Source: Takakia lepidozioides (Eukaryota; Plantae; Bryophyta). Taken from it: DNA of 64,000 nucleotides. The notes under the pieces are model-generated. The model searched no databases. It was given only the letters and a program-made list of their open reading frames with translations, and had not been told where the DNA came from. Location of the stretch: assembly GCA_030704615.1 (NCBI GenBank), contig CM060731.1:83328001-83392000 (forward strand), written 5' to 3'. This document shows positions 23,508 to 36,799 of this stretch, piece after piece (the first letter of the stretch is position 1; the number at the start of each line of letters is the position of its first letter). A program made the translations under genes and the position numbers.

Positions 23508-24439
23508 TGTCGCGCAGCTTTTACTCACCCATCCCTTCGCTATTCGAGGCGGAAACTCCAAGATTGAAGAGTTGGAAATCTCTAAGTACTCAGCCCGCGC
23601 AGAACAATCAGTCATGACCTACAGCTAGTGTATCATGGGGGTGGTTTCCTATTTGTTTCCCTTTTGGTATTCATGTTAACTATCTTACCATTGATAATTA
23701 AGTATCAGTTTGCTTTATCAATCTATTGGATTCCATCAACTCATCCATTCATTCCACAGCTTCACTCAGATCTCTCTACACAGTGTGTTTGTATCGTAAA
23801 AGTATCCGATTATGATTTATCAGGTATCAGGCCGAAGCCATTGTGTCTCTAATCTGCTCACCATATCATTACAGCCTTGCATTATATCAAGCATCTCTCA
23901 TTCATCTCTCATCTTCACTTCCGTTCTTCATCTCTGCCCCATTCCCTCTCCTTCATGACCAAGAAAGTCCTCCTCCGAATGATGTCCCTCAATTCCCCGT
24001 TTCTCCCTTTATTTCCTCTCCGCGGTTCTAACCGTTTCCCTCACTAACCGTGTTGTGAACTAACATGTCCCTTCGCAGGTGTTGTTCCCCACAGTCGTTC
24101 CCTGTCCTACTCTTTGTTGCCTATGATCGTGACAGCTGTGTCAAGCTGTGACTGGCTGTGTGAACTGTGACGGGCTGTGACTGAGCTGTGTGGCTGTGCC
24201 GGGCTGTGTAGGCTGTGTCGGCTGTGTCTGCTGTGACGACGTGACGGGCATGTGTTGCTGTGACGACTGTGACGGGCTGTGTTGGCTGTGTTGACTGTGA
24301 CGACTGTGACGGGCTGTGTAACCCCCCTCTATAGTGCTCTGCTGTCACCCTAAGGCTCCTTTGGTCTCAGTCTGTGCAAAAATTAAGGGTACCCTACAGA
24401 TCCCGTATAAGTGTCTAAGTCCCGACAGTCCTCTAAACA
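23508..24439 (-). repeat. 3' LTR of copy C
   Basis: Reverse complement of the family LTR; adjacent to the PPT. Confidence 0.93.
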
Positions 24440-27400
24440 TTTACCCCTTCCCCCCTCAAAAAGCCGTGTCCTCACGGTTTACTGATTTCGACTAGCAAAC
24501 CTTTGTGAGTGAGCACCTTCTTGTCGTTGAGAGTTTCGTGGCGACTGTGTGTACGAGCCCGAGGTCTGTCTCTGGTTGACGGAGATGGTTGATCACTACC
24601 TGGATAAGTGAGGCCCTCTGGAGGCTGATATCGAGGTAACCTTTCCGGCATAGGAGACCCCCGTCGCTTCTTCTCTTGCCATCTGAATTGCATAGTCTTC
24701 TCCCATGTCAAAGAATTCGGTGAAGAAACAGTTGTATCAGAATCCTCATCGCCTCTCAGGTTGTTTTAATTTTCGAACTTTTTGTGTAATCATCTGGGGC
24801 ATACAATGCTGTCCTACCATGTCTGGAAGTTTGTATTTTACAACATGGTTAAACCGTTGAACAACAAAATTGGTGTGTAGACACTGAGCTCCTTGTCGTC
24901 CAGGTGAGTGTGGTTACCAATTACTGGTGCAGCGTGCAAGTACTTTCCATGCCACATGTCCCTTATAGAAAAATGTCATCAATGCCGAATTTTCTGTGTT
25001 GACAAATGGTTGCAGGCCGCTTGAAACCATGAACGAATTTGAGAATCTTTTGCATCATAACTTTTGGGTCATATAGGTACATATGAGGTGGCACAGAAGG
25101 TTATACCCAATGATCTCCACTGGAATAACTCAGAAAGCGTGTTTGCATCTCTTTGTTGCTCAATGTGGTAACGTACCAGAAAACAAGCAGCGTAGTATAA
25201 CCCGCACCCCATGACAATACTTGCTCTCTCCTTGGTCTTGGTATAAATGAGTCCATGTACAACCTGGAAAGCAATCAATTCCCTCAACATGGTACCTGCC
25301 TCGCGCAGTATTGTGCAAAGTGATGATCTTCAATATGTCGATTGTTCGGAGAACTTTAGTCCTAGTTGCCACTGGCAGCCAAATACGCATGATTTGGGTA
25401 GTAATGTGCGAATGACTACGGAGGACTAAATTCTTTCCAAGCCAAATCCAACATGATGGGAATTTGGGTTGAAGGGCATAATCATAGCCCTACTGTACTC
25501 CCTTGCAGCTGGAGTTTTAGGTGGGTTAAAAGCGGCATTGCCCCATACCTCCTGCTGTGGTGGCTGTGGTGTGGTTGTAGTAACCACAGGTTCAGCTACT
25601 GGTACAGTGACTTGTTGTGGTGGTGGTGGTACTGGCTCTTGTATCATTGGCATCTCCTGCACCTCCTGTGAAGACTGAAAGCCAAAGTTCTGGCTTGTAA
25701 ATAAGAAGCCATTAGCTGTTCCTGAGGGATATAGACTCTTTGGTCGATGTTTGAAGTGAGGTCTTCCACTTGAGTCTGGAGTCCGTCTACATCCTCTTGT
25801 AACTCTTGCTATCCTACTATAGACATTGTCTATAGTAGTTATGGCAATGTTCTGCACCTGCAGCCTGAGCTCATTCATCTCGCTTTGGTGAGCTTCCGTG
25901 GTGCTTTGCCCTCTACTGGCCCTTGTGCTAACCAGACCTGCATAAGGCTGTTATCCACCAAGTTGCTTGTGGTTCCCCTGAGAGTTTGCTCCTCTCTTAG
26001 CTTGTACAATTCAACTGCTGTTGTAAAGCCTCCATGCGCTTCGCCTGAGGTTCAACCAATTGCGCATAAGCAGCAAGTAGATTATTGGCTTCCTTCCAAG
26101 CCTTGTTATTGACCGCGATTTCATTTCTATTGGCCATGATGGTTTGTTGCAACTCCACGATGTGCTTCTCTTGATCAGCTTCAATCTGTCTGTATTGCTT
26201 GAAAGTATCTTCATTGCGACAGATTGTATTAGTCATATCGACAAATGAGCTTCATTTGCTCAACATTCTCTTCTTCTGCCTTCGTACATTTTTCCGCTTG
26301 ACTGTTTATTTCTTTGTAGATTGGTCAAGCATAGTTGTAAATGTAGCACATTGTATCGCCATCCTGTTATGCACTGTCTGCAAACTCCGTATGTAGTGCA
26401 TTCAGTTCTTGCAACTTGCTTTCATGCTGCACCTGCATTTCGTATAGCTGTTGCTTATGTGCTTCGTGCAACTGGTCTTGCGCGAGGCCTGCCTCAATCA
26501 ATTGTTGCTTGGCCAATTGCAAAGCCATTTCTGTATTCCCAAGTCCTGCTTCATCTTGAGAGTGACCTCTTCATCGACCTTGTTTGCACACTCAGTGGCA
26601 AGTCGAGCCTCAAACTCCTTCCTGAGTTCCTCTTTCAAGGCTGTCAATTGGGTAATTGGAACATGGGATTTGACATAAGTCCCCAACAAATTAAGTGTCA
26701 TGCCTATGGAACTCATCAGCATTGCCTGTTGAGGGTCATCATGGTGAGGTTGTTGCTGTTCCTCCTGATCTTCAACAGTGTGATGTCTCACTAACCATTC
26801 AGGCCATTGTCCCACCGGATTTTCTTCCTGAACTACTTCATCTATCACCGGTGCTACAGTGTCATGACCTTCCGCCTGTGGTACCTCCGACACAGGTGTG
26901 TGTATTATATGCACCTCAGGATTTCCCTTGGGCAACTGTTGCACCTCTGGGATTTCTGTCTCCTTGACCAGACCAGAATATTCATAGAGAAGGTCCCCTT
27001 CTCTATTTCTGCCACTATCTGTTCTGTAGTTGGAATATCTAACCCTTCTCTTTCCAAATCAATTATTTCTGGTTGAGCTGCATGGATAACTTGTGACCTT
27101 GTGACAAGTCGTTCAGGTGGCTGTGATGGTTGTGATACAGAAGTAACTTCCTCCTCCCTGCGGGGCTTGCAAGCATCGCTCAAGAGAAAAGCTCCGCTCT
27201 GTCCTTTCGTGTCTATGCCACTGCGTAAGTAATATTGCGAGCGTATAGTCTGTTAGTTCCTCCATAGTTTCCAAGGTATAGCATTGATGGTCTGTCCTAT
27301 CGAGACGCCCGTTACTCAGAACGACGCCGCCTCTTGCGCTCAATTTCCCTCCATTTTCTTGATCCTTTCTCTGGTTTTCTATTGGCTGTATCCGCTGTGA

Positions 27401-29459
27401 CTGGATTTTAGATTTTATCTTCTTTAGTGGACTTTCCCTGTTGGATAGTCCACTAGGATCACACATGTGACAAGAATTCCGCTTTTTGTATTGCCGTTCG
27501 TTCCGTTTCCCTTTCCGTACTCATTAATGGGCCCGCCTTTCATCCCTTTTGACGGCCGTTCTTGTCCTCTTTCCTTTTGACACCTGTTCTTGCACTTCCT
27601 TCTCGGCTGTGTGTTGCGCCCTGACCTCCACGTGTCCATTTTTAAAGTAATTTCCGTTTCCTCTTCCGTCAGCCATTTTCCTGAAGTTATTATGTGTCCA
27701 CTTGTCACTGATTCTATGGATCGTGTAACTTTAGTAGGCTGTGTTGAGCTGTGGACAGGCTGTGTCATACTGTGTTACGCTGTGATAGGCTGTGATGCAC
27801 TGTGGTAAGCTGTGATAGGCTGTGACACGCTGTGGTAGGTTGTATAGGCTGTGTTGCGCCGTGCTGGGCTGTGATAGGCTGTATCACGTCGTGATGGGCT
27901 GTGATAGCTGTGTCACTTCGTGATGGGCTGTGATAGGCTGTGTTGCGCCATGCTGGGCTGTGATAGGCTGTGTCACGTCGTGATGGGCTGTGATAGGCTG
28001 TGCTTTGCCTTGATGGGCTGTGATAGGATGTGTCACGTTTGTTTTGCCCACCCTGGTCATATATGCTTGGGCCTAGCGACAAGTGCTCCATACTCCGTTC
28101 GTAACATTGGTGCAGCCCGTGACTGCTCTTGCGGTCACAACATGCAAATCATGCTGCAAGGTTTGTCATGGATACCACTGTACCCCTTCAACTTATTTGC
28201 ATTGACTCTTCCCAGCATTTCTTTGTTAATGGTTTGTAACATGGCGGTGTTGTTATCATACATCTTTTGTATGACATAAGGTCCTTTTCCATGGTGATTT
28301 AGCTTAGAAGCTTGAATCTTTCCTTTCTTCTGCAACCATAGAACCAAATCCCCCGTCTTAAAAGTCTTTAACTTGCCTTCATCAAACTGTTCCTTTCGCT
28401 TCATCTGAATTCTGGTCATATTATCAGCTGCATCAGCACGTACTTCTTCCACATGTATAATTCATGTTTCCTGACCTTGATGGAGTCTTGCAATTCCATT
28501 CTCTTTCCCCACTCCGTTCTCATGGTAGGTAACAGGAATTCCACTGGAAGTAAGGCTTCCATACCATAAACTAATTGGAATGGTGTATACTTAGTGGTGA
28601 CTTTATATGAAGTCCTGTATGACCACAAAGCTGTCAGCAGCTTCGTATCCCAATGGCAAAGGGAAAGGATCTTTCTTCGTACAAGCATTCAGCTTCTTAT
28701 AGTTCACACATACTCTTAGTTTGTCATTCTTCTTGGGAACTATAACAATGGGTGACAACCAAGTTGTATACTCTATTGGGTATATAAACTTAGCCTCAGC
28801 CAACTTCTTTATCTCTTCTCCAACCTTCTGTGCGTAGTTGGGATTCATTCTATACCTCGCCTGCTTGATTGGTACTGACCCTGGTTCCAGTTCAATTTTA
28901 TGCTGACAGACTTCAGGTGGTATCCCTTTTAGATCCCCATAGCTCCAAGCAAATACATCTCTGTATTTGATGAACAAGCTTTTAGCTTCTTCGAAGAATT
29001 CCGGCTCCAAATCAGCTCCTACTTTCACCATCCTCGGTTCCTCCTTAGTTCCCACATTTACTTCCCTCACATGCTCATCAGCTGTGATTGTCCAACCAGT
29101 CACCACTTCATCCTGTAAGCTCACAGTGGCTGGTTCTTCTAGGATTTCTATTTCTCCTTCTCTTTCTTCATAGAAATGTGATGGGTAAATGCTGGTTTCC
29201 TCTTCAGTTGGTGTTGCTGTCACTACACCACAGCAGATACCTCTCAAACAACTTAGGCTTTCCAGCCGCATCTCTGCAACCTGCTCCCACTCTGGGTGTG
29301 CAGCAAATAGGGTAGCTTCCTGCTCCTCATCCAGTCCTCCTCTCCAGTCATACTCTCTGCCTCCTCGAGGTCTTCTTGTAGCAGGTAATCTACTAGATTT
29401 CTTTGTGGTAATTTGTATCTCGTGTATCCCATTATGCACGGTTAGTAACTGAGAATTCC

Positions 29460-32288
29460 AGTCATGGAATACCCTGGCCTATTTCAGCCACAGACGTCCC
29501 AATAATAAGGAGTAAGCCTCCATGACTTCATCCATTTTTAATACAGTTACTGTGATCATAAAGATCATTTTCTGTACCTGTATCTTAACTCCTCTTATTA
29601 ATCCCAATGGCTGCACACTTCTTTGATCTGCCATTGTTACTGTAAATGGGGCTGGTTTCATGTTACTTAGACCAAGCTTCTTCCTTAATTGGTCTGTCAT
29701 GATATTTACTCCAGAACCACCATCTATCAGTACATCAGTTAGTTCTGTGCTTCCAATTCTCAATTGGATTACTGGCATAGAATCATCAAAGTCCATGACT
29801 GGTTCTCGCCCTTCCGGCTTCACATTATAACTGGTCACCTTGCTGTTCAGGTCTGTGTTTCCTGTCTCTTGGGCAATTCAATTGATTGCTTGATACAGCC
29901 TGTGCCTACAATAAGGTGCCATAGCTAATAGCTGTCCAATGGTAATTTCTGCTTTGGTCTGACATATTACTTCAGCCAAAGTCTCTTCATTACTTTGCAT
30001 GTCTGCATCTTTTTTTTTCCTTTCTTCCTCACTCCCTTCTTTTTCTCCATCCGAATCAGAGGAATCTGCCACAGGAATATCAGTACTCTTTTGCATTTCC
30101 CTTATAGTATCTGCCACTTCCTTGTGCAGTTCCTTCTCATCTTTCCAAGTCTCTTCATCTTCAGGCATATCATTGCCACTTCCAGTCCCATCTTCTTCCT
30201 CTTCTACTGGAGGTATTAGTTTGGCTTTACTTCTTGTTACTATCATTGTACTTACTTCTGGTACAACACATGGCCTAACCATGTGAGCTGCCACCACTGG
30301 GCCCTCATTCACATGAGCTCTCATCTCATTCTGGTGTCTTATCCAGAATGAACAGGCTGCCTTGCGATGTCCTGGCTGATTACAATAGTAACATAGCTCT
30401 TCACCATTGGGTCCTCGCCCTTGGTCTGTTCTTGGATTATTTCTATAATCCTGATTCCCGGGCTGGTAATTCTCCCTTGGATTACCCTGATAGTTGCCTC
30501 TGGAATTTCCTTGGTAATTCCCTCTTGAATTACCTCTCCCTTCCATGCCATTGTTATAACCACCAGACCTACCATAGTGGTCCTGATCATTGTTTCTTCT
30601 TGGCTGGGGCTGCACCTGATGCACCCTTACTTGCCTAGGTTCTCTTGCAGCTGTCCTTCTGTTGTAGTAACAATTCTCAGTAGAATGGTTATCCATTTTA
30701 CAGATAGTACAGTGTTTCTCCTTCATGTGGCATTCTGTGGTGGTATGGCCTTCATTCTGGCACTTTGCACACCATACACCCTTCCTCCAATGTGTTGCAG
30801 CCTCTGTGGCATACTTCTTCAAGATTTCTTCCAATTTTTTTTCATAGTTATCCCTCTTCAACTTCTCCTTTCTCTTACTCTTTCTTTTTAGTTCTTGCTC
30901 TTCTTCTTCATCTGACTCATCCTCAGAGTCCTCATCTTCTTTTTTCTCTCTCCTGAGCATTCCCAATTGCTCAATTCTGTTCGCAGTTTCAAATGCCTCC
31001 TCCACTGTATTATGGGTAACATATCCACTTTCTTTTGCAACTCTGGTCTTAGTCCACTCACAAACCAAGTCTTCTGTAACCCGGGCGCTAGTACTGCAGC
31101 CAGCTTTTTCATCATCAATTCCATCTTCTCCATATACTCTTCAACAGTTTCATGCTTCTTATGCTTCAGCTGTTGTAAACTTCCATACACTTCATCCTCA
31201 GTTTTACTTGTCCTGAACCTATTTCAAAATGTTGTATTCAAGCCATTCCAGGTTAGGAAATGATTATCAGGGAATCTTGCATACCATTCACTTGCTTTCT
31301 TGATAGATGAACAAGGAAACAGTCTCATCTTGGCATCATCGCCATTCTCATTGTTCACTATACACATGTGCTCAAATTGGCTAATGTGTACATCGGGATC
31401 CCCTTTTCTTGAATATATTGGAAAGGGTGGTTTTGCCCGTGTTGGTTGTAACGCCATCTGTGGCCCTACCTTCTGCCCACTGACAGGTGCTGGCACCCTT
31501 GCTGGTGCTGGTCCTTCTGGACCTGTTGTTTTTGTGGTGGATCTTCCACCAAGTGGTGGCCCTTGAGCACTCCTTGCTTCTGGCCCCACGATATTCACAG
31601 TATTCCCAGTTTCAGTTGCACTACTTCCCACACTCCCTGTCCCCCCAGAGCCAGATCCAGGCAGCCCGCCTGATCCCCCTGAGCCGACACCTTCGTTGGC
31701 CTGTGATCCAAGTGCTCCACTTGATCGAGGTCCAACGGGTTGGGATGTCCTGGTTGTAGTCTCAACCTCAGCTGTTGGGTCTACTTCTTCATATTCTTCC
31801 TCTTCTAATTTCTTCTCTCTGTTTTCATCCTCCAAGTTCTGCCCTTGGGTTTCTTCTTCACTCATGTAACTCAACTGTAATGGTGTTGGAGAGTCTGAAC
31901 TCTCCGTTGGCTCTGCCACATCCTCTTCTCCTTCTTCACTTTCTGCTTCAGAAACTGGAGTTCCTGCTTTTGGTGTTCCATGCCAACTCTTATCAAAGAT
32001 TTCTGTCAAATCTTTTATCCAAGGATGTACCTCAGATCTTTCACCTCGTGATTGATCTTCTTCCTGTACCAATTCCCTTAATCTTTCTTGCAAAGAAACA
32101 GAAGGAGTGGCATCCAACTCTAGCTCTTCCGGTATAGGTGATGCACTCTTTGATCTTAATGGTGTGAGAGGTCCAGATGATTCCCCTATGTCTATTCCTC
32201 TCTCCCAAAGATATGGATAATTAGCTTTCAGATAGCTTTCTCTTTTTGCTGAATATCTCTGTCGTCTAGCTTCTCTTTCATCACTCAT
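29460..32288 (-). pseudogene. gag-protease of copy C (frameshifted)
   Basis: ORFs 31224-32288, 29878-31068 and 29479-29838 match ORF 44084-47119 (zinc knuckles, LIDGGSGVNI). Confidence 0.9.
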
Positions 32289-32309
32289 GTCCCATGTCTT
32301 TCATTTCTT

Positions 32310-33005
32310 TTAATGTGGCAATAACCAAAACTCTCTTCTGTAATATCTCTCGTATATGCCTGGGTTTCTTTCAAGCTTCAATGCACCCTTGGCTATACTT
32401 GAAGTCTCCGTTACCATATAACCATATGGCAAACAAGTCTGAAAAGCTGTTCTTGGTGTGAGTTTGATCCACAAAATATCCTTTGGAATCCAATTCTTTA
32501 CCAGTACAAGCTCTTCATGCATATGAGTATAAACATTCACCTTTCTTTCTTCCCAGCCTTCAAACTCTACTCGTTTAATGGATAGCAATGCTATCACATA
32601 ACCCAATGTTGGTAACCAACGTGCTCTTCCTCTACAGGCTACCTGATAAATCTTTATCACTCCTTTCTCCAGACCCCATTCTGGATCAGCATCATGCACT
32701 CGTTTAAGAATATTTTCTTTACAACCGTCTGGCAATTCCAAGAACCTTTGAAAGAATTGTTTGGACAATCGTTCTTCCTTCGTTCCACAGGGAATTTGAT
32801 TCACTTCAAATTCTTTAATGGTCCATCCACCATGATCCCACCAGATGCCTGTCACATCTGGTTGTTCATGTCCCAGTTCCCCAGTATGGTCGCCAAATGT
32901 CGCGCAGCTTTTACTCACCCATCCCTTCGCTATTCGAGGCGGAAACTCCAAGATTGAAGAGTTGGAAATCTCTAAGTACTCAGCCCGCGCAGAACAATCA
33001 GTCAT
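32310..33005 (-). CDS. Extra ORF upstream of gag (ORF0) of copy C, 231 aa, unknown function
   Basis: Open and nearly identical to 43367-44062 in copy F. Confidence 0.6.
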   Translation of the reverse strand: MTDCSARAEYLEISNSSILEFPPRIAKGWVSKSCATFGDHTGELGHEQPDVTGIWWDHGGWTIKEFEVNQIPCGTKEERLSKQFFQRFLELPDGCKENILKRVHDADPEWGLEKGVIKIYQVACRGRARWLPTLGYVIALLSIKRVEFEGWEERKVNVYTHMHEELVLVKNWIPKDILWIKLTPRTAFQTCLPYGYMVTETSSIAKGALKLERNPGIYERYYRREFWLLPH

Positions 33006-33855
33006 GACCTACAGCTAGTGTATCATGGGGGTGTTTCCTATTTGTTTCCCTTTTGGTATTCATGTTAACTATCTTACCATTGATAATTAAGTATCAGTTT
33101 GCTTTATCAATCTATTGGATTCCATCAACTCATCCATTCATTCCACAGCTTCACTCAGATCTCTCTACACAGTGTGTTTGTATCGTAAAAGTATCCGATT
33201 ATGATTTATCAGGTATCAGGCCGAAGCCATTGTGTCTCTAATCTGCTCTACCATATCATTACAGCCTTGCATATATCAAGCATCTACTCATCATCTCTCT
33301 ATCTTCACTTCCGTTCTTCATCTCTGCCCCATTCCCTCTCCTTCATGACCAAGAAGTCCTCCTCCGAATGATGTCCCTCAATTCCCCGTTTCTCCCTTTA
33401 TCTTCCTCTCCGCGGTTCTAACCGTTTTCCTCACTAACCGTGTCTGTGAACTAACATGTTCCCTTCGCAGGTGTTGTTCCCCACAGTCGTTCCCTGTCCT
33501 ACTCTTCGTTCCCTATGATCGTGACAGCTGTGTCAAGCTGTGACTGGCTGTGTGAAACTGTGACGGGCTGTGACTGGCTGTGCGACTGTGTTTGGCTGTG
33601 TCGGGCTGTGACTGGCTGTGTGGCTGTGCGGGCTGTGTCGGCTGTGTCGGCTGTGTTGGCTGTGTCGACTGTGTCGGCTGTGTTGGCTGTGACGACTGTG
33701 ACGGGCTGTGTTGGCTGTGTTGGCTGTGACGACTGTGACGGGCTACAGTGCTCTGCTGTCACCCCTAAGGCTCCTGTTGGTCTCAGTCTGTGCAAAAATT
33801 AAGGGTACCCTACAGATCCCGTATAAGTGTCTAAGTCCCCGACAGTCCTCCAACA
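32898..33855 (-). repeat. 5' LTR of copy C
   Basis: Reverse complement of the family LTR; followed on the minus strand by PBS TTTGGCGACCATACTGGGGA. Confidence 0.95.
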
Positions 33856-33860
33856 GAGGT

Positions 33861-35425
33861 TCAGGAAGAAAATCTGGTGGGGCAATGGCCTGAGTGGTTC
33901 GTAAGGCATCACACTATTGAGGATCAGGGAGAACAGTAGCAAGCTCACCAAGATGACCCTCAACAGGCGATGCTTATGAGTTCCATAAACAGGACACTTA
34001 ATTTGTTGGGTACTTATGTCAAATCACATGTTCCCACTACTCAATTGGCAGCTTTGAGGGAGGAACTCAGGAAGGAGTTTGAGGCTCGACTTGCCACAGA
34101 GTGTGCAAATAAGGTCGATGAAGAGGTCACTCTCAAGATGCAGCAAGACTTGGAGAGTACAGAAGCGGCTTTGCAATTGGCCAAGGAACAATTGATTGAG
34201 GCAGGCCTCGCGCAAGACCAGTTGCACGAAGCACATAAGCAACAGCTATACCAAATGCAAGTGAAGCATGAAAGCAAGTTGCAACAAGTAAATGCACTAC
34301 ATACGGAGTTGCAGACAGTGCATGACAGGATGGCCATCCAATGTGCTACACTCACAACTATGCTTGACCAATCTACAACAGAAATAAACAGTCAAGCGGA
34401 AAGATGTACGAAGGCAGAGGCAGAAAATGTTGAGCAAGTGAAACTCATTGTCGATATGAAGAATACAATCTGTCGCAATGAGGATACTTTCAAGCAATAC
34501 AGACAGGTTGAAGCTGACCAAGAGAGACACATACTGGAGTTGCAACAAACAATCATGGCCAATAGAAATGAAATCTCTGTCACTAACAAGGCTTGGAAGG
34601 AAGCCAATAATCTGCTTGCTGCCTATGCAAATTTGGTTGAACCTCATGCGAAGCGCATGGAAGCTTTACAATAGCAGTTAGATATGTACAAACTCAGAGA
34701 GGAGCAGACTCTCATGGAAGACAATTAATTCCTTCAACATGGTACCTGCCTCATGCCAGTACTGCGCAAAGTGATGATCCTCAATGGGTCGATTGTTTGG
34801 AAGTACCTTAGTTCTAGTTGCCACTGGCAGCCATATGCGCATGATTTGATAGTAATGTGCCAATGACGCGGAGGACTAAATTCTTTCCAAACCAAATCCA
34901 ACACAATGGGAATTTGGTTGAAGGGCATAATCATAGCCCTACTGTACTCTCTTGCAGCTGGAGTTTTAGGTGGGTTAAAAGCAGCATTTCCCCATACCTC
35001 AGGCTGTGGTGGCTGTGGTGTGGCTATAGTAACAACAGGGTCAGCTACTGGCACAGTGACTTGTTGTGGTGTTGGTGGCACTGGCTCTTGTACCATTGGC
35101 ATCTCCTGCACCTCCTGTGAAGAAGACTGAAAAGCCAAAGTTCTCGCTTTTAAATAAGAAGCCATTAGCTGTTCCTCAGGTACACAGACTCTGTTGTTGA
35201 TATTTGAAGTGAGGTCCTCCACTTGAGTCTGCAGGCCGTCTACATCCTCCTGTAACTCCGCTATCCTACTATAGACATTGTCTATAGTAGTTGTGGCAAT
35301 GTTCTGCACTTGCAGTCTGAGCTCATTCATCTCGCTTTGGGTGAGCTTTCGTGGTGTTTTGCCCTCCACTGGCCCTTGTGCTAACCAGACCTGCATAAGG
35401 TGGTTATTCACTAAGTTGCTTGTGG
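33861..35425. mobile_element. Continuation of copy B (33861-34719 forward; 34720-35425 inverted), 3' end lost
   Basis: ORF 33970-34674 (+) and ORF 34734-35411 (-) are consecutive parts of the same extension protein. Confidence 0.88.
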
Positions 35426-35833
35426 CGACCAGGGCTCGTCATATAAATGGTGCGTCTGCCGGGAGGTAAGTGAATAGTCAGGACTCCCTGTATTCCGGAT
35501 GGAGGAAGATTGGACGCCTATCATTCTCCTCTTGGATCTTGTTCTTTCATTTGACCTTACGTTTTATGCTTTGTACTTTCTGACTCGATATGAAAAGACA
35601 GAGTGAACAAATAGGTACATTTAGATAAATTTCTCGCATTTGAGTTAAGCACATGGCTAACCACTTGGAGACGCTTGAGTGGCAGTATGGCTGCACCCTC
35701 GGAGTTCCCTCGACGAGAGCATTCCTTTGAGTACCGGGTGATCGGACTCTATCGCATCATTTCCAGCACCAGGACTGGCGACGTACCTGGTCCCGAGGCC
35801 ACAGTGATTTGCAGGCTGATGTGACGACGCATC

Positions 35834-36598
35834 TTGACTGTTGCAGAGGAGTATCGTGAATATTGGATCTCCGCCCGGGTTGGACCCCGAGGCCCCGGAG
35901 CCCGGACGGCTCCCATTGGTACGTTTTTTCGGTTCAACACTAGTTGGCCGGGCTGTTGCCAGCCACCCTTCCTTGCATATATCCATTTTGATTCGGCCCT
36001 TGAGGTCCATCTTGCGTGGCAGGTGGCTTACTTGGCTTGTTGTGCGTCGTGTCGCACCATTACCGACACCCTGCTATATACACGCAGTAGGGTCGCTAGG
36101 CAGTCGGCCCCGTTGAGGGAGTGCATGGGGCACACTATTTGTGGCCATTGCCCCGCCTTCGTAGACTGGTTGATTGGAGTCGGCCCAGGAGAGGACGGAG
36201 TCGAGAGTGAGCGTCTCCCACACCCGAGGAGGGCATGCCGACCATTCTTACCACCGCGGTACTATCACCGAGGAACCACGTCATCAGCTCTGATTTGTGA
36301 GTTGATTTCATCTGGTTCATTGACGCTACTAGACACATGTAGAGACCGCCCAGTAGAGAGTTCTTTCGTTGAATCATCTGCTGTAGCTCGTAGGATACTA
36401 CCACCAGACCCAGTTCGTTCAATAGTTTTTCCTTTTGGTCTGAGGGTCCCTTTGGCACAGTTGCCTCGTTTACCGCCCCAAGTGGTACACGCTGTCCATT
36501 CAGTAGAGAGTGCCTCGAGTGGACCCATTGAGTACACTTCCTCGGAGGAGGAAGAGGACGAGCCCGCCACCAGTAGCCATCCTAGTGGCCCGGATTAG
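35834..36598 (+). CDS. Cys/His-rich orphan protein, paralog of 36800-37354
   Basis: WPGCCQP...HLAWQVAYLACCASC...CGHC...PRYYHR pattern shared with the next ORF. Confidence 0.55.
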   Translation: MTVAEEYREYWISARVGPRGPGARTAPIGTFFRFNTSWPGCCQPPFLAYIHFDSALEVHLAWQVAYLACCASCRTITDTLLYTRSRVARQSAPLRECMGHTICGHCPAFVDWLIGVGPGEDGVESERLPHPRRACRPFLPPRYYHRGTTSSALICELISSGSLTLLDTCRDRPVESSFVESSAVARRILPPDPVRSIVFPFGLRVPLAQLPRLPPQVVHAVHSVESASSGPIEYTSSEEEEDEPATSSHPSGPD

Positions 36599-36799
36599 AG
36601 GTCTTTTATCGTTGATCCCGGAACTCCTACTATAGGGGTCCGGACCTCATTTGCTTGATTGCTGAGGAGTATGGTAGTGACTTGTGGTTGAGCACCATTG
36701 TACCAAACCAGCACCGTTATATGGGATGATTGCTTATGACAGGACTAACATAGTGGTAGAGGTGGGTCACCGATAGGCCAGCGTAGAACCCCGTTTGGA

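Larger units (their letters stand above)
23508..33855 (-). mobile_element. Gypsy copy C, internally deleted, inserted in reverse orientation into copy B
   Basis: TSD GAGGT at 23503-23507 and 33856-33860. LTRs 23508-24439 and 32898-33855, PBS at ~32878-32897, PPT at ~24441-24460. Deletions at ~28652 (RT to end of INT) and ~27160. Confidence 0.95.
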
